The position numbers and the translations under genes are program-made. DNA of 64,000 nucleotides, from NCBI GenBank assembly GCA_038922535.1, contig JBCKWO010000001.1, forward strand, positions 1,723 to 65,722, written 5' to 3'. Origin of the DNA: Methylobacter sp. GTDB taxonomy: Bacteria > Pseudomonadota > Gammaproteobacteria > Methylococcales > Methylomonadaceae. This document shows, piece by piece, positions 40,286 to 50,569 of the stretch (position 1 is the first letter of the stretch; each line of letters starts with the position of its first letter). Below the pieces are notes generated by a model, which had not been told where the DNA came from, ran no database searches, and saw nothing but the letters and a program-made list of their open reading frames with translations.

Positions 40286-41164
40286 TTAATGCCGGATGCC
40301 TTCAAGCCTGATCCAGTCTTCCTGCTGTACCGGCGCACTGAACATTAGATAGGGTCGGTAAGCGTCCATCACCGATTCGGCCTGTTCATGCAATATGCCG
40401 GACAAAACCAGTTGACTGCCGGGAGCGACTAGGTTGGAAATCTGTTCCGCCATGTCAATCAAGGGTTTGGCCAGGATATTGGCCAGCACGATGTCGGCCT
40501 GAAACGGTGCAAACTGTTCAGGCAGGGTGCAGCTGATTTTATCCTGCACTCTATTTTTTAATGCGTTGCTCTGTGTTGCGGTTATTGCCTGCGGATCAAT
40601 ATCCACCGCGTGCGCATGTTTTGCGCCTAATAAGATTGCCGCAACGGCCAGTATGCCGGAGCCGCAGCCGTAATCGATGACAGTTTTGCCGGCCACGTCG
40701 TGGCTGGACAGCCATTCCAGGCATAAAGCCGTGGTCGGATGGGTGCCGGTGCCGAACGCCAGTCCCGGATCGAGGGTTAGGCAAACCGTGCCGGGTTCAT
40801 ACTGTTCCTGGTCGGTCGGGCAAACCCAAAGCTTATCAGCGAATTTCATCGGCTTATAAAACTCCATCCAGGCGCGTTCCCACTCCTGGTCTTCCACAAG
40901 GTCACACCGCCAGTTGTGTAGCTGTTCTGATTTAAATTGGGCATAAACCCGAGTCTTGATCAGCGCAGGTTCGGCGTCCAGCTCATAAAGCGCGATGACT
41001 TCGGTGTTGCTCCAGATTTTGGTTTCGCCGATGGCCGGTTCGTAAACCGGTTCGTCTTCGGCGTCCATGTAAGTGACGGATACCGCGCCGAGATTGTCGA
41101 GCAAGTCGGCAATTCGAGGTGCAAGGTCTTCATTGGTGATAACGGAAATTTGGTGCCAGGGCAT
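40286..41164 (-). CDS. prmA: Ribosomal protein L11 methyltransferase
   Basis: DPGLAFGTGTHPTT, DYGCGSGILA, ANILA. Confidence 0.96.
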   Translation of the reverse strand: MPWHQISVITNEDLAPRIADLLDNLGAVSVTYMDAEDEPVYEPAIGETKIWSNTEVIALYELDAEPALIKTRVYAQFKSEQLHNWRCDLVEDQEWERAWMEFYKPMKFADKLWVCPTDQEQYEPGTVCLTLDPGLAFGTGTHPTTALCLEWLSSHDVAGKTVIDYGCGSGILAVAAILLGAKHAHAVDIDPQAITATQSNALKNRVQDKISCTLPEQFAPFQADIVLANILAKPLIDMAEQISNLVAPGSQLVLSGILHEQAESVMDAYRPYLMFSAPVQQEDWIRLEGIRH

Positions 41165-41213
41165 GTAAAAAGATATGTTTAAAAGTATTGATTGGAGTAG
41201 GAAATCGCTTGTT

Positions 41214-41444
41214 CTATTTGGTTTGAGCTTTAAGAAATCCCTCAACAGTTAGACCAATATCTTTTGCAATTTGCCGGAGCAAAATAGGTGATACGTCATG
41301 TCCTGCATGAAATGGGACTGTTGTGCATCTGCCATCAGGGTGGCGAAACTGTTTGTGTGATCCCCGTTGCCTAACTTCACGGAACCCTAATGCTTCAAGC
41401 AATGCAATGACTTCGCGAGGTTTAAGAACGGGCAAGTGTCCCAT
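41214..41444 (-). CDS. hicA: HicA family mRNA interferase
   Basis: GF.EVRQRGSHKQF.HPDG..TTVPFH. Confidence 0.9.
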   Translation of the reverse strand: MGHLPVLKPREVIALLEALGFREVRQRGSHKQFRHPDGRCTTVPFHAGHDVSPILLRQIAKDIGLTVEGFLKAQTK

Positions 41445-41446
41445 GC

Positions 41447-41656
41447 TTAAGCGACTACGACATTTTGGGTGCCAATAAATTCGGCCTCCAATAGCGGTTC
41501 ACCATCTTCAAGCAACATTTCAACAACTTCCCGAAGATTTTTATTAAGCTCATCCAGGGTTTCCGCTTGTGTATGTGCGCCTTGGAATCCGGGAATAAAA
41601 CCTACATAAAGACCGGTATCCTGACATCGCTCAATAATTGCCGTGTAACTTCTCAT
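41447..41656 (-). CDS. hicB: HicB family antitoxin (short)
   Basis: YVGFIPGFQGAHTQAETLDELNKNLREV. Confidence 0.88.
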   Translation of the reverse strand: MRSYTAIIERCQDTGLYVGFIPGFQGAHTQAETLDELNKNLREVVEMLLEDGEPLLEAEFIGTQNVVVA

Positions 41657-41721
41657 GCGCTTTACGCCTAAATAAGTAAGCCATTGTTACTATTCAGCAG
41701 CCAAAAATAGCACGCTGACTT

Positions 41722-41785
41722 AAGATTAAGGCTAAAGGCTAAAAAAATGATTGCACCTTTCGCCTTTTGCCCTTCGTCTTAACCT
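41722..41785. repeat. Heptamer-unit hairpin repeat
   Basis: AAGGCTA AAGGCTA...CCTTTCGCCTTTTGCCCTTCGTCT; shares TTCGCCTTTTGCCCTTCG with the 35206 copy. Confidence 0.75.
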
Positions 41786-43127
41786 AATAAATCCCCAGCT
41801 TTTTTTCCAAATAATGAATGTTTTGTCCGCCGACTGCAAAGGCGCTGTCATTCATAATGTCTTGCTGTAGCGGAATATTGGTCTTAATGCCATCAATGAT
41901 GATTTCGCTTAATGCCGTGTTCATCCGGGCAATGGCGCTGTTGCGATCTTCACCGTGGGCAATCAGTTTGCCGATCATGGAGTCGTAATAAGGCGGTACT
42001 TTATAGCCGTTGTAGATATGGGTTTCGCAACGAATGCCGGGGCCGCCGGGCATATGGAACTGATCTATGGTGCCGGGGCAGGGCATGAAGGTTTGGGGGT
42101 CTTCAGCATTTAATCGGCACTCTATAGCATGACCCTGGATTTTTACCTGATCCTGGGTAATGGACAGCCGCTCGCCCGCAGCAATACGCAGTTGCGCCTT
42201 GACGATGTCGAAACCGGTGACCATTTCGGTGACTGGATGCTCGACCTGCACGCGGGTGTTCATTTCAATAAAATAGAACTCGCCTTTTTCATACAAAAAT
42301 TCAAAAGTGCCTGCGCCCAAATAGCCAATGTCGATACAGGCTTTGGCGCAACGTTCGCCGATGGTTTTGCGTTGCAGTTCGGTGATGCCGGGCGCGGGGG
42401 CTTCTTCAACCACTTTTTGATGGCGGCGCTGCATGGAGCAGTCGCGTTCGCCTAAATGTATCGCGTTGCCGTGTGAATCGGCCATGACCTGAAACTCGAT
42501 GTGCCGGGGATCTTCCAGGAATTTTTCCATGTACACGGTGGGATTGCCGAACGCCGTGCCCGCTTCGGCTTTGGTCATGGCGATGGCATTGATTAACGCC
42601 GCTTCGGTATGCACCGTGCGCATGCCTCTGCCGCCGCCGCCGCCGGCCGCCTTGATGATAACCGGATAACCGATTTCATGGGCCAGCTTTTTATTCTTCT
42701 TGTCGTCATCCGACAGCGGGGCATTGTTGCCGGGAACGCAGGGAATTCCGGCGGCCAGCATGGCTTTTTTCGCGGAAATCTTGTCGCCCATCATCCGAAT
42801 GGTTTCTGCATTCGGGCCGATAAATACAAAGCCGCTTTGTTTGACCTTCTCGGAAAAATCGGCATTTTCAGACAAAAAACCGTAACCGGGATGAATGGCT
42901 TCGGCATCGGTCACTTCAGCCGCGCTGATAATGGCAGGAATATTTAAATAACTATCTATGGATGCCGCAGGGCCGATACAAACGGATTCATCGGCTAGGC
43001 GTACGTGTTTTAGATCCCGGTCCGCTTCGGAGTGCACGGCGACAACCTTGACGCCTAATTCTCTGCAGGCGCGTAAAATACGCAATGCAATCTCGCCTCG
43101 ATTGGCGATAACAATTTTATCGAACAT
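41784..43127 (-). CDS. accC: Acetyl-CoA carboxylase biotin carboxylase
   Basis: [31 protein letters not shown]. Confidence 0.97.
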   Translation of the reverse strand: MFDKIVIANRGEIALRILRACRELGVKVVAVHSEADRDLKHVRLADESVCIGPAASIDSYLNIPAIISAAEVTDAEAIHPGYGFLSENADFSEKVKQSGFVFIGPNAETIRMMGDKISAKKAMLAAGIPCVPGNNAPLSDDDKKNKKLAHEIGYPVIIKAAGGGGGRGMRTVHTEAALINAIAMTKAEAGTAFGNPTVYMEKFLEDPRHIEFQVMADSHGNAIHLGERDCSMQRRHQKVVEEAPAPGITELQRKTIGERCAKACIDIGYLGAGTFEFLYEKGEFYFIEMNTRVQVEHPVTEMVTGFDIVKAQLRIAAGERLSITQDQVKIQGHAIECRLNAEDPQTFMPCPGTIDQFHMPGGPGIRCETHIYNGYKVPPYYDSMIGKLIAHGEDRNSAIARMNTALSEIIIDGIKTNIPLQQDIMNDSAFAVGGQNIHYLEKKLGIY

Positions 43128-43147
43128 GACTTCCCCGTTTTTTGCTG

Positions 43148-43579
43148 TTATTCAATGATGAATAATGGTTGGCCGTATTCGACAGGCTCGGCGTTTTCAA
43201 CCAGGATTTTCGTGATCGTGCCGCTTTTATCCGACTCAATCTGGTTAAGGATTTTCATTGCCTCAATAATGCACAAGGTATCACCGACCAGGACGGATTG
43301 GCCAACCTCGGCGAAAACCTTGGTGCCCGGTGAAGCAGAGAGATAAAAGGTACCTACCATCGGCGATTTAACGATATGACCAGTGATTTTTTCTTCGGCA
43401 GGTGCGGCAGCTATTGCGGCAGGCACGGCCGCAACCGGTGCAGGCGCATAGGCGACCTGTGTGGGCGCGGCGGAATAACGGCTGATGCGAATGGATTCTT
43501 CGCCTTCTTTAATTTCCAGTTCGGCAATGTCGGATTCCTCGATAATCTCGATGAGTTTTTTTATTTTTCTAATATCCAT
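43148..43579 (-). CDS. accB: Biotin carboxyl carrier protein
   Basis: [23 protein letters not shown]. Confidence 0.97.
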   Translation of the reverse strand: MDIRKIKKLIEIIEESDIAELEIKEGEESIRISRYSAAPTQVAYAPAPVAAVPAAIAAAPAEEKITGHIVKSPMVGTFYLSASPGTKVFAEVGQSVLVGDTLCIIEAMKILNQIESDKSGTITKILVENAEPVEYGQPLFIIE

Positions 43580-43582
43580 AGC

Positions 43583-44029
43583 TTAGTGTCTCTCGGTTAG
43601 TATCTGATGAGCGGCCAGTAAGGCCAGTTCGTATCCAGTTGCACCTAATCCGCAGATAACGCCTTTGGCAATATCCGAGAAATAGGAATGTTTTCTAAAA
43701 GGTTCGCGTGCGTGGACGTTTGATAAATGAACCTCTATAAAAGGGATTTGGGTTGCCAGCAATGCGTCACGAATGGCGACGCTGGTATGAGTAAATGCGG
43801 CTGGATTAATAATGATGAAATCGATACGGGCTTGGTAAGCCTCATGAATCAGCTCTACAATCTCGTGTTCTGCGTTGTTTTGATGAAAATTAAGCTGATG
43901 ATTAAGTTCGGCAGCTTTGTGTTCAAGATGTTGCTTAATCTCGGCGAGGGTTTGATTGCCGTAAAGACCAGGTTCACGAATGCCCAACAGGTTTAAATTT
44001 GGTCCATTTAGAACGGTGATAGTCGCCAT
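43583..44029 (-). CDS. aroQ: Type II 3-dehydroquinate dehydratase
   Basis: [31 protein letters not shown]. Confidence 0.96.
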   Translation of the reverse strand: MATITVLNGPNLNLLGIREPGLYGNQTLAEIKQHLEHKAAELNHQLNFHQNNAEHEIVELIHEAYQARIDFIIINPAAFTHTSVAIRDALLATQIPFIEVHLSNVHAREPFRKHSYFSDIAKGVICGLGATGYELALLAAHQILTERH

Positions 44030-44225
44030 CAATCTGCAAGGTAGTTAGGGTTAAAAAGCATTATTAGCCGTTAATTTTGCCCAATTTATAGGGTTTTGTC
44101 CAGATATTCTATTTTTAGCCAAAGATAGCGACACAATTCGAGTTGTTTGGACTTATTGCGCACAAATCAGCTGATTTTAAAAGTCATTTGTGAATGAGTT
44201 TGGCTGGCAAGCCTAAAAGTATTAC

Positions 44226-44741
44226 TTATTTAGTCAAGGGTGCAATGACTTCCATTATTTGCTGTTTGGATAGCTCCCCCGGATGCCGATGTATGATTTG
44301 CCCCTGCCGGTCAACAATAAGGGTATAGGGAACCGCACCGACACTGTTGCCCAGTTGTTTAGCCAAGGCGATGCCATTGTCGCCACTCAATAAAATCGGA
44401 TAATTGATTTTGATTGCGGCGGCGTACTCGGCCACCGGTTCCCGGTCTTCTAAGGCAATGCCGATAAACTGTAGGTCTTTGTCCGCATATTGCTGTTGCA
44501 AGGCGATAAAATCGGGAATTTCCTTGCGACAGGGCGGACACCACGTCGCCCAGAAATTGATCACGATTATTTTGCCTCGCCATTCGGAAATGTTGTGCTG
44601 GCGACCGGATAAGTCGGGCAGGTTGAACTCAGGCAGAACGTTAATGCCGGTATTTTTAGCGGGTGAAAAAAGATGTCGGGCGGTTATGCCTAGCCCTAGG
44701 GCAATAATTGCACCAATAACAATTAAGACTACTCGTGTCAT
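44226..44741 (-). CDS. TlpA-family thiol:disulfide oxidoreductase
   Basis: N-terminal TM, NFWATWCPPC. Confidence 0.88.
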   Translation of the reverse strand: MTRVVLIVIGAIIALGLGITARHLFSPAKNTGINVLPEFNLPDLSGRQHNISEWRGKIIVINFWATWCPPCRKEIPDFIALQQQYADKDLQFIGIALEDREPVAEYAAAIKINYPILLSGDNGIALAKQLGNSVGAVPYTLIVDRQGQIIHRHPGELSKQQIMEVIAPLTK

Positions 44742-46951
44742 GATTTGCTGCGTTGCAATGATTTAATAAAAGCATCCGCATCCTGATAACCGATGACCCG
44801 GTTGGCGGTTTTTTCCGATCCGTCTAAGCCGAAAAACACAATGGCCGGCGGGCCGATCAGCTGGAATTTTGCCAGCAGCGCTTTATCGTCATCCGAATTT
44901 TTAGTGACATCGACTTGCAGCAGCACATAGTCTTTAAGCGCCTGTTTAACGCGCGGGTCGGCAAAGGTGTAGGTTTCCATTTCCTTGCACGAGATGCACC
45001 AGTCGGCGTAAAAATCCACCATCACCGGTTGATGGTTGGCGGCGGCCTGCTTAATCCGGGCGTCCAGCGCAGCTATGGAGGCGACTCTTTCAAAGGTAAT
45101 GCCCTGTTCTGCGGCTTGCACCGTGCTCAAACCGAGCCCTTGCAGCGGTTTTAACGGATTGCTGTTGCCTAGGCTAAAGCCGATCAGTAATAACAGGCCG
45201 TAAGCCAGCATCATTAGGCCTAAGCCTTTCCAAAGTTTGCGCCAGCCGGAGCTGTTTTCGGGTAGCGGATCGACAGCGCTGAGGTAAATGGCGGGAAATA
45301 TCAACAGCATCGCCCAGAGCATCATGATCACATTGCCCAGCAGGATGCGGCTGAGCATCCACACCGCGACCGCCAGCATAATAACGCCGAACACGGCTTT
45401 GGTGGAGTTAAGCCAGTTTCCGGCTTTGGGCAGCAGTTTTCCGGCGGAAGCGCCCAGCAGCAATAACGGTACGCCCATGCCTAAGCCTAAGGCGAACAGG
45501 GCGCTACCGCCCAACACCGCATCGCCGGTTTGGCCGATAAAAATCAGCGCACCGGCCAGCGGCGCGGCGACACAGGGGCCGACGATCAAGGAGGACAACG
45601 AGCCCATGATCGCAGCGCCCCACAGCGAGCCGTCACGGTGTATTTCACTGGAATTGTGCAGCTTGACCTGTAACGATTTGGGCAGTTCCAGATGATAAAA
45701 GCCGAACATGGACAAGGACAGCGCCACAAAAATAGCGCTGAACAGACCGATAATCCAAGGTTGCTGGAATGTTGTTTGCAAGTTGCTGCCGAAAAGCGCG
45801 GCGAGGATGCCGAATACTGTGTAGGTCAGCGCCGAGGCGACCACGTAACTAAGCGACAATAAAAAGGCACGACCGGTGGTGATCCGGTTGCCGTGACCGA
45901 CGATGATGCCCGACAAAATCGGAATCATCGGGAAAATGCACGGGGTCAGCGACAGCAACAAGCCGAAGCCGAAAAAGCTGAGCAAGGTTACCGACAGGCT
46001 ATCCTTTTGCAAAGATTGCACGATTTGATCCTGTTCGGAAAGTTCCGGCGCGGCAGCTTGCTGTGTTGCTGGCGGCAAAGCCAAGTCGATGTTTTTACTC
46101 ATCGGCGGATAGCAGACGCCACGGTCGGCGCAGCCTTGGTATTTCGCCTGTAGGGTAACGGTTTGCGCCGATTGGCTGGAGCGGATCAGCGGCAGGTCAA
46201 AGTCGAGTTCGTTGTGGAAGGTTTCGACTTGACCGAAGGCTTCATCCTGTTTGGGCGCGCCTCTGGGGATGTCGTAACTGCCGAGCTTTACTCCATCGGC
46301 GTTAACCAATTCAAGCTGGATTTTTTCTCGGTAAAGGTAATAGCCCTCGCTAATATGCCAGTTGACATGCAGGGTGCGCTCGTCTTTGACCGATGCGCTT
46401 AATTGGAAGGCCTGATCAGGGAGCAGCAGATCGTCTTCAAACAAATTGAGTTTTAAGCTTTGCGCCCCCTTTAGCAATTGTTTAATCGGATCGACTTTGG
46501 CGGTAGGCGTGGGTAGTTTTAGGTCAAAAACGGTAAGTTGCGGCGGATAGCAAACACCCTGGTCGGCACAGCCCTGATATTGCACCGACAGCTGCAAATC
46601 GGAAACGCCGTAAGCGACGCTTAAGGCAATCGGGATGTTCAGTTTGTTGCGGTAAATGACCACATCGCCGAGGCTTTCATCATGCTCGGTTTGCCCGGCC
46701 GGGAAACCGGGGGCGCCCAAGTGGATTTGCCCGGTTTTGGACTCAAAATGTATTTTGTTGCGGTACAGGTGGTAGCCTTCGGCTATGTCCCAGGAAACTT
46801 CAATCCGATCGGCGGCCAGCGCTTTTGCGGAAACCTTAAACGCTTGGTCGGGCGGCAAGATTTCGCCAGCGCCCAACGCAAAGGCCGGCTGGACGACTAG
46901 CGACAACAAGCAAAGAAAAATTACTTTAAAGAATGGCATGAATCTATCCAA
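44738..46951 (-). CDS. dsbD: Thiol:disulfide interchange protein DsbD with two N-terminal alpha domains
   Basis: Two QGCAD.GVCYPP motifs, TPCIFPM, GPCVAAP, ADWCISC. Confidence 0.92.
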   Translation of the reverse strand: MDRFMPFFKVIFLCLLSLVVQPAFALGAGEILPPDQAFKVSAKALAADRIEVSWDIAEGYHLYRNKIHFESKTGQIHLGAPGFPAGQTEHDESLGDVVIYRNKLNIPIALSVAYGVSDLQLSVQYQGCADQGVCYPPQLTVFDLKLPTPTAKVDPIKQLLKGAQSLKLNLFEDDLLLPDQAFQLSASVKDERTLHVNWHISEGYYLYREKIQLELVNADGVKLGSYDIPRGAPKQDEAFGQVETFHNELDFDLPLIRSSQSAQTVTLQAKYQGCADRGVCYPPMSKNIDLALPPATQQAAAPELSEQDQIVQSLQKDSLSVTLLSFFGFGLLLSLTPCIFPMIPILSGIIVGHGNRITTGRAFLLSLSYVVASALTYTVFGILAALFGSNLQTTFQQPWIIGLFSAIFVALSLSMFGFYHLELPKSLQVKLHNSSEIHRDGSLWGAAIMGSLSSLIVGPCVAAPLAGALIFIGQTGDAVLGGSALFALGLGMGVPLLLLGASAGKLLPKAGNWLNSTKAVFGVIMLAVAVWMLSRILLGNVIMMLWAMLLIFPAIYLSAVDPLPENSSGWRKLWKGLGLMMLAYGLLLLIGFSLGNSNPLKPLQGLGLSTVQAAEQGITFERVASIAALDARIKQAAANHQPVMVDFYADWCISCKEMETYTFADPRVKQALKDYVLLQVDVTKNSDDDKALLAKFQLIGPPAIVFFGLDGSEKTANRVIGYQDADAFIKSLQRSKS

Positions 46952-47256
46952 TGCAGGTATTCAGGTAGGCCGCACTCAATGGGGACGGCAATGATTTCAG
47001 GCAGTTCGTAAGGGTGATGTTCGTGCAGAGCTGTTTCGATAGCCTGATAGTGATCTTTATGCGCCTTAATCAGCAGCAGATGTTCTTGGGCGGATTCGAT
47101 CTGTCCTTCCCATCTGTAAATAGAGGTGATGCCGGGTAAAATGTTCACGCAGGCGGCGTTGTTGCTTAGCACCAAAAGCTTAGCTAGTTTTTCCGCAGTG
47201 TCTTTATCGGGGCAGGTGCAGAAGATTATTTGATGGTTGCTAGGCATGTTATGCAT
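46921..47256 (-). CDS. cutA: Divalent-cation tolerance protein CutA
   Basis: AACVNILPG..SIYRWEG, HPYELPEII. Confidence 0.93.
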   Translation of the reverse strand: MHNMPSNHQIIFCTCPDKDTAEKLAKLLVLSNNAACVNILPGITSIYRWEGQIESAQEHLLLIKAHKDHYQAIETALHEHHPYELPEIIAVPIECGLPEYLHWIDSCHSLK

Positions 47257-47347
47257 TATAAAAACTAAGGTCGTGGATATTATCCTAGAAATTAACCCAA
47301 ATTGCCCTTATATTGTAGCGACGATGACCACAACAAGAGTGCTTTAG

Positions 47348-47785
47348 ATGAAAATTTTCCAAATACTATTTCTGATCGTGCTGATTATTCCGTTTGCAGA
47401 AATCTATTTGCTGTTGCAGGTGGGTGGGATTATCGGCGTATTCCCGACTATTTTACTGGTGGTGTTTACTGCGGTGTTGGGTACTTGGCTATTGAAACAA
47501 CAAGGCTTTGCAACGTTTCAGCGCTTTCAGGAGAGTTTGGCGAAAGGCGAGATACCCGCTTATGAAATGGTCGAAGGCCCTATTATTCTGGTGGGCGGGG
47601 CATTGTTGCTGACACCGGGTTTTATTACCGATGTGATTGGCTTTGCCTGCCTGATTCCGCAGCTGCGCAGAAAAATTGCCCAGTATGTGATTGAAAGCTA
47701 TCTTGTTCAGGCTGGCGCACATTTTCAGCAGGCAAAAGCGGCTGAAAATAACGTGTTGGAAGGTGAGTTTCGCAAGGAAGAGTGA
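47348..47785 (+). CDS. fxsA: FxsA family membrane protein
   Basis: P.AEIYLL, LLLTPGFITD. Confidence 0.9.
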   Translation: MKIFQILFLIVLIIPFAEIYLLLQVGGIIGVFPTILLVVFTAVLGTWLLKQQGFATFQRFQESLAKGEIPAYEMVEGPIILVGGALLLTPGFITDVIGFACLIPQLRRKIAQYVIESYLVQAGAHFQQAKAAENNVLEGEFRKEE

Positions 47786-47793
47786 AAGACTGT

Positions 47794-47842
47794 TGTAGGA
47801 GCGGCTTTAGCCGCGATAATCGCGGCTAAAGCCGCTCCTACA
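47794..47842. repeat. GTAG-family REP doublet
   Basis: TGTAGGAGCGGCTTTAGCCGCGATAATCGCGGCTAAAGCCGCTCCTACA. Confidence 0.9.
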
Positions 47843-47851
47843 GTGCGTTTA

Positions 47852-48094
47852 TTAGCCTTCTGAAGAGTCGCCGCTAGCCTCACAGGTATTTTTGTTCAGT
47901 CCGGAATACACGGGGCACCAGCCTGAATAGCCGGTTGCAACAAGAACCAAACCTACCAACAATAAAAGAACCTCACCGCCTGGGACGAAAAGCGAAATAA
48001 CCAAAAGCGCAACGCCCCCGTATAAACGGCATTTCTTTTCCTTCTCGCCAACATTGTGTTCAAACTTAAGCATACGTTTATAATCAAAATTCAT
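47852..48094 (-). CDS. DUF2892/YgaP-like membrane protein
   Basis: NVG..E...R, TG..GWCPVY..L..NTC. Confidence 0.8.
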   Translation of the reverse strand: MNFDYKRMLKFEHNVGEKEKKCRLYGGVALLVISLFVPGGEVLLLLVGLVLVATGYSGWCPVYSGLNKNTCEASGDSSEG

Positions 48095-48218
48095 CTTAAA
48101 ATCCTCTCTGTGTAGTTATTATTATCTTTAACAAAGCCATGGTTCAGTCAGTCATTATTGAACCTCATGCAATATACACAGCTCCGAAAAATGTGCAAGC
48201 GAAAAAATACCCACGGCA

Positions 48219-50447
48219 ATGGATGTAACTTCAATAATTGACCCTTTAAATGATGCGCAGCGTTCAGCAGTGACAGCGCCTTCCCAAGCCATGCTGGTTC
48301 TGGCCGGTGCCGGTAGCGGTAAAACCCGCGTTTTAGTGCACCGCATCGCCTGGCAGATCCAGGTGTTGGGGGTGTCGGCGCATAGCATTCTGGCGGTGAC
48401 TTTTACCAATAAAGCGGCCAAGGAAATGCGCGGCAGGATTGAGAATTTGCTCAATATGTCCGCGCAATCGATGTGGATCGGCACGTTTCACGGCGTGGCG
48501 CACCGGCTGTTAAGGCGGCATGCCAAGCAGGCTAAATTGCCGGAAACCTTTCAGGTGATGGATTCCGGCGACCAGCTGCGGCTTATCAAACGCCTGTTGG
48601 CTACGCTGAATCTCGATGCCGACAAGTGGCCGCCGCGCCAAGTGCAATGGTATATCAATGCGCAAAAAGACGAGGGTATCAGGGCCAGGCATATGATGGA
48701 GACCCACGATCTTTATCAGCGGCAAATGTTGATCCTCTATAAAGCTTACGAAGAGCTGTGCGACCGCTCAGGCTTGGTGGATTTTGCCGAATTGCTGCTA
48801 AGGGCGCATGAATTACTGCGCGATAACGCCGATGTGCTGGACTTTTATCAGCAGCGTTTCAAACAGGTTCATGTCGATGAATTCCAGGATACCAACACCA
48901 TCCAATACGCCTGGCTGCGGCTATTGACCGACGGTAAGGACAATATCTTTGTCGTCGGCGATGACGACCAATCCATTTACGGCTGGCGCGGCGCGAAAAT
49001 CGAGAATATCTACAGCTTTCAAAAACATTACCCGAATCATCAAGTCATCAAGCTGGAGCAAAACTACCGTTCGACCGGCCATATCCTCAAAGCGGCGAAC
49101 AAGGTGATCAGCTGCAATGACGGACGCATGGGCAAAGAGCTGTGGACCGATGCCGGTGACGGCGACCTGATTTCCCTGTATGCGGCATTTAATGAACAGG
49201 ACGAAGCGCATTTTGTAGTCGAGCGCATCAGGGCTTGGGTCAATGAGGGCGGACTGCGCAAGGATGCCGCCATTCTTTACCGGTCCAACGCCCAATCCCG
49301 GCAGTTTGAAGAAAGATTAATGACCACTGGTACGCCGTACCGGGTTTACGGCGGCCTGCGGTTTTTTGAGCGGATGGAAATTAAAAACGCGCTGGCCTAT
49401 TTGCGGTTGATGTCGAACCGTAATGACGACGCGTCGTTTGAACGGGTGATTAACACCCCGACGCGCGGTATAGGTGCCAAGACTATCGACGATATTCGCA
49501 GCATTGCGCGGGATCAAAGCCTGTCGTTATGGGCGGCAGCCATCGTGCTGATTAATCAGAAGACGACTGCCAAGGATGGTGGAAGTGTCGTAATCGGTCA
49601 GGAACCGATACGACCTTTGTCGGCACGGGCGGCTAATGCCCTGATCGGCTTTTTGGAGTTAATCAAGCAGTTTGCAGGGCAAGCGGAAGGCTTGGAGCTT
49701 GATGAAAAGGTTAAACTGGTGGTCGAAAAAAGCGGCCTGATTGAGCTGTATCAAAAGGACAAAGCCGACAAGGGCGAAGAAAAAGTAGAAAACCTGGAAG
49801 AGCTGGTCAACGCGGCGCGGCTTTTTGATGCGAGTACGATTGGCGACCTGGAAGATGAAGAAAGTTTGGGCGAGCTGGATTTGTTTCTAGCACATGCAAC
49901 GCTGGAATCCGGTGAACTACAAGGCGATGACTTCGACGATTGCGTGCAGCTGATGACCCTGCACTCGGCCAAAGGTCTGGAGTTTAAACTGGTGTTTTTG
50001 GTCGGTATGGAAGAAGGCCTATTTCCGTCGCAACAGTCCGTCGATGATGTCGGGCGGCTGGAAGAAGAGCGCAGGCTTTGCTATGTCGGCATTACCCGCG
50101 CCATGCAGCAGTTGTATCTGACCTATGCCGAATCCAGGCGTTTATACGGACGGGAAACTTATCCCAGACCGTCGCGTTTTCTGCGCGAGATTCCAGCGGA
50201 ACATATTCAAGAAGTCAGGATGCGGGCAACCGTGAGCCGTCCGGTAACCTCCGTCAAACCGAAAGCGCAGTCCTTACAAATCGCAGGCAAATATAAGCTC
50301 GGGCAGCGCGTCAGCCATGCTAAATTCGGCGAAGGCATCGTGTTGCAGATGGAAGGCGACGGCGCACAGGAGCGAGTGCAGATCAACTTCAAGCAAGTCG
50401 GCGTGAAGTGGCTGATGCTGGCTTATGCGCAGTTGGATGTGTTGTAG
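48219..50447 (+). CDS. uvrD: DNA helicase II with a 17-aa repeat-derived insertion
   Basis: AGAGSGKT, DEFQDTN, GDDDQSIY, MTLHSAKGLEF, EERRLCYVGITRA. Confidence 0.97.
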   Translation: MDVTSIIDPLNDAQRSAVTAPSQAMLVLAGAGSGKTRVLVHRIAWQIQVLGVSAHSILAVTFTNKAAKEMRGRIENLLNMSAQSMWIGTFHGVAHRLLRRHAKQAKLPETFQVMDSGDQLRLIKRLLATLNLDADKWPPRQVQWYINAQKDEGIRARHMMETHDLYQRQMLILYKAYEELCDRSGLVDFAELLLRAHELLRDNADVLDFYQQRFKQVHVDEFQDTNTIQYAWLRLLTDGKDNIFVVGDDDQSIYGWRGAKIENIYSFQKHYPNHQVIKLEQNYRSTGHILKAANKVISCNDGRMGKELWTDAGDGDLISLYAAFNEQDEAHFVVERIRAWVNEGGLRKDAAILYRSNAQSRQFEERLMTTGTPYRVYGGLRFFERMEIKNALAYLRLMSNRNDDASFERVINTPTRGIGAKTIDDIRSIARDQSLSLWAAAIVLINQKTTAKDGGSVVIGQEPIRPLSARAANALIGFLELIKQFAGQAEGLELDEKVKLVVEKSGLIELYQKDKADKGEEKVENLEELVNAARLFDASTIGDLEDEESLGELDLFLAHATLESGELQGDDFDDCVQLMTLHSAKGLEFKLVFLVGMEEGLFPSQQSVDDVGRLEEERRLCYVGITRAMQQLYLTYAESRRLYGRETYPRPSRFLREIPAEHIQEVRMRATVSRPVTSVKPKAQSLQIAGKYKLGQRVSHAKFGEGIVLQMEGDGAQERVQINFKQVGVKWLMLAYAQLDVL
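49565..49615 (+). repeat. 51-bp GGA-loop twin-hairpin element, in-frame
   Basis: GACTGCCAAGGATGGTGGAAGTGTCGTAATCGGTCAGGAACCGATACGACC. Confidence 0.92.
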
Positions 50448-50569
50448 TCGCTCCATTGCAGGATGCCCCTAACTATAAGGCTATACTCTTATTGATTCAA
50501 AACCTGTGATTAATGAGAATAGACCTGACGAAAACAATCACTCTAAAATGCCCTCTTAAAAACCAACCT

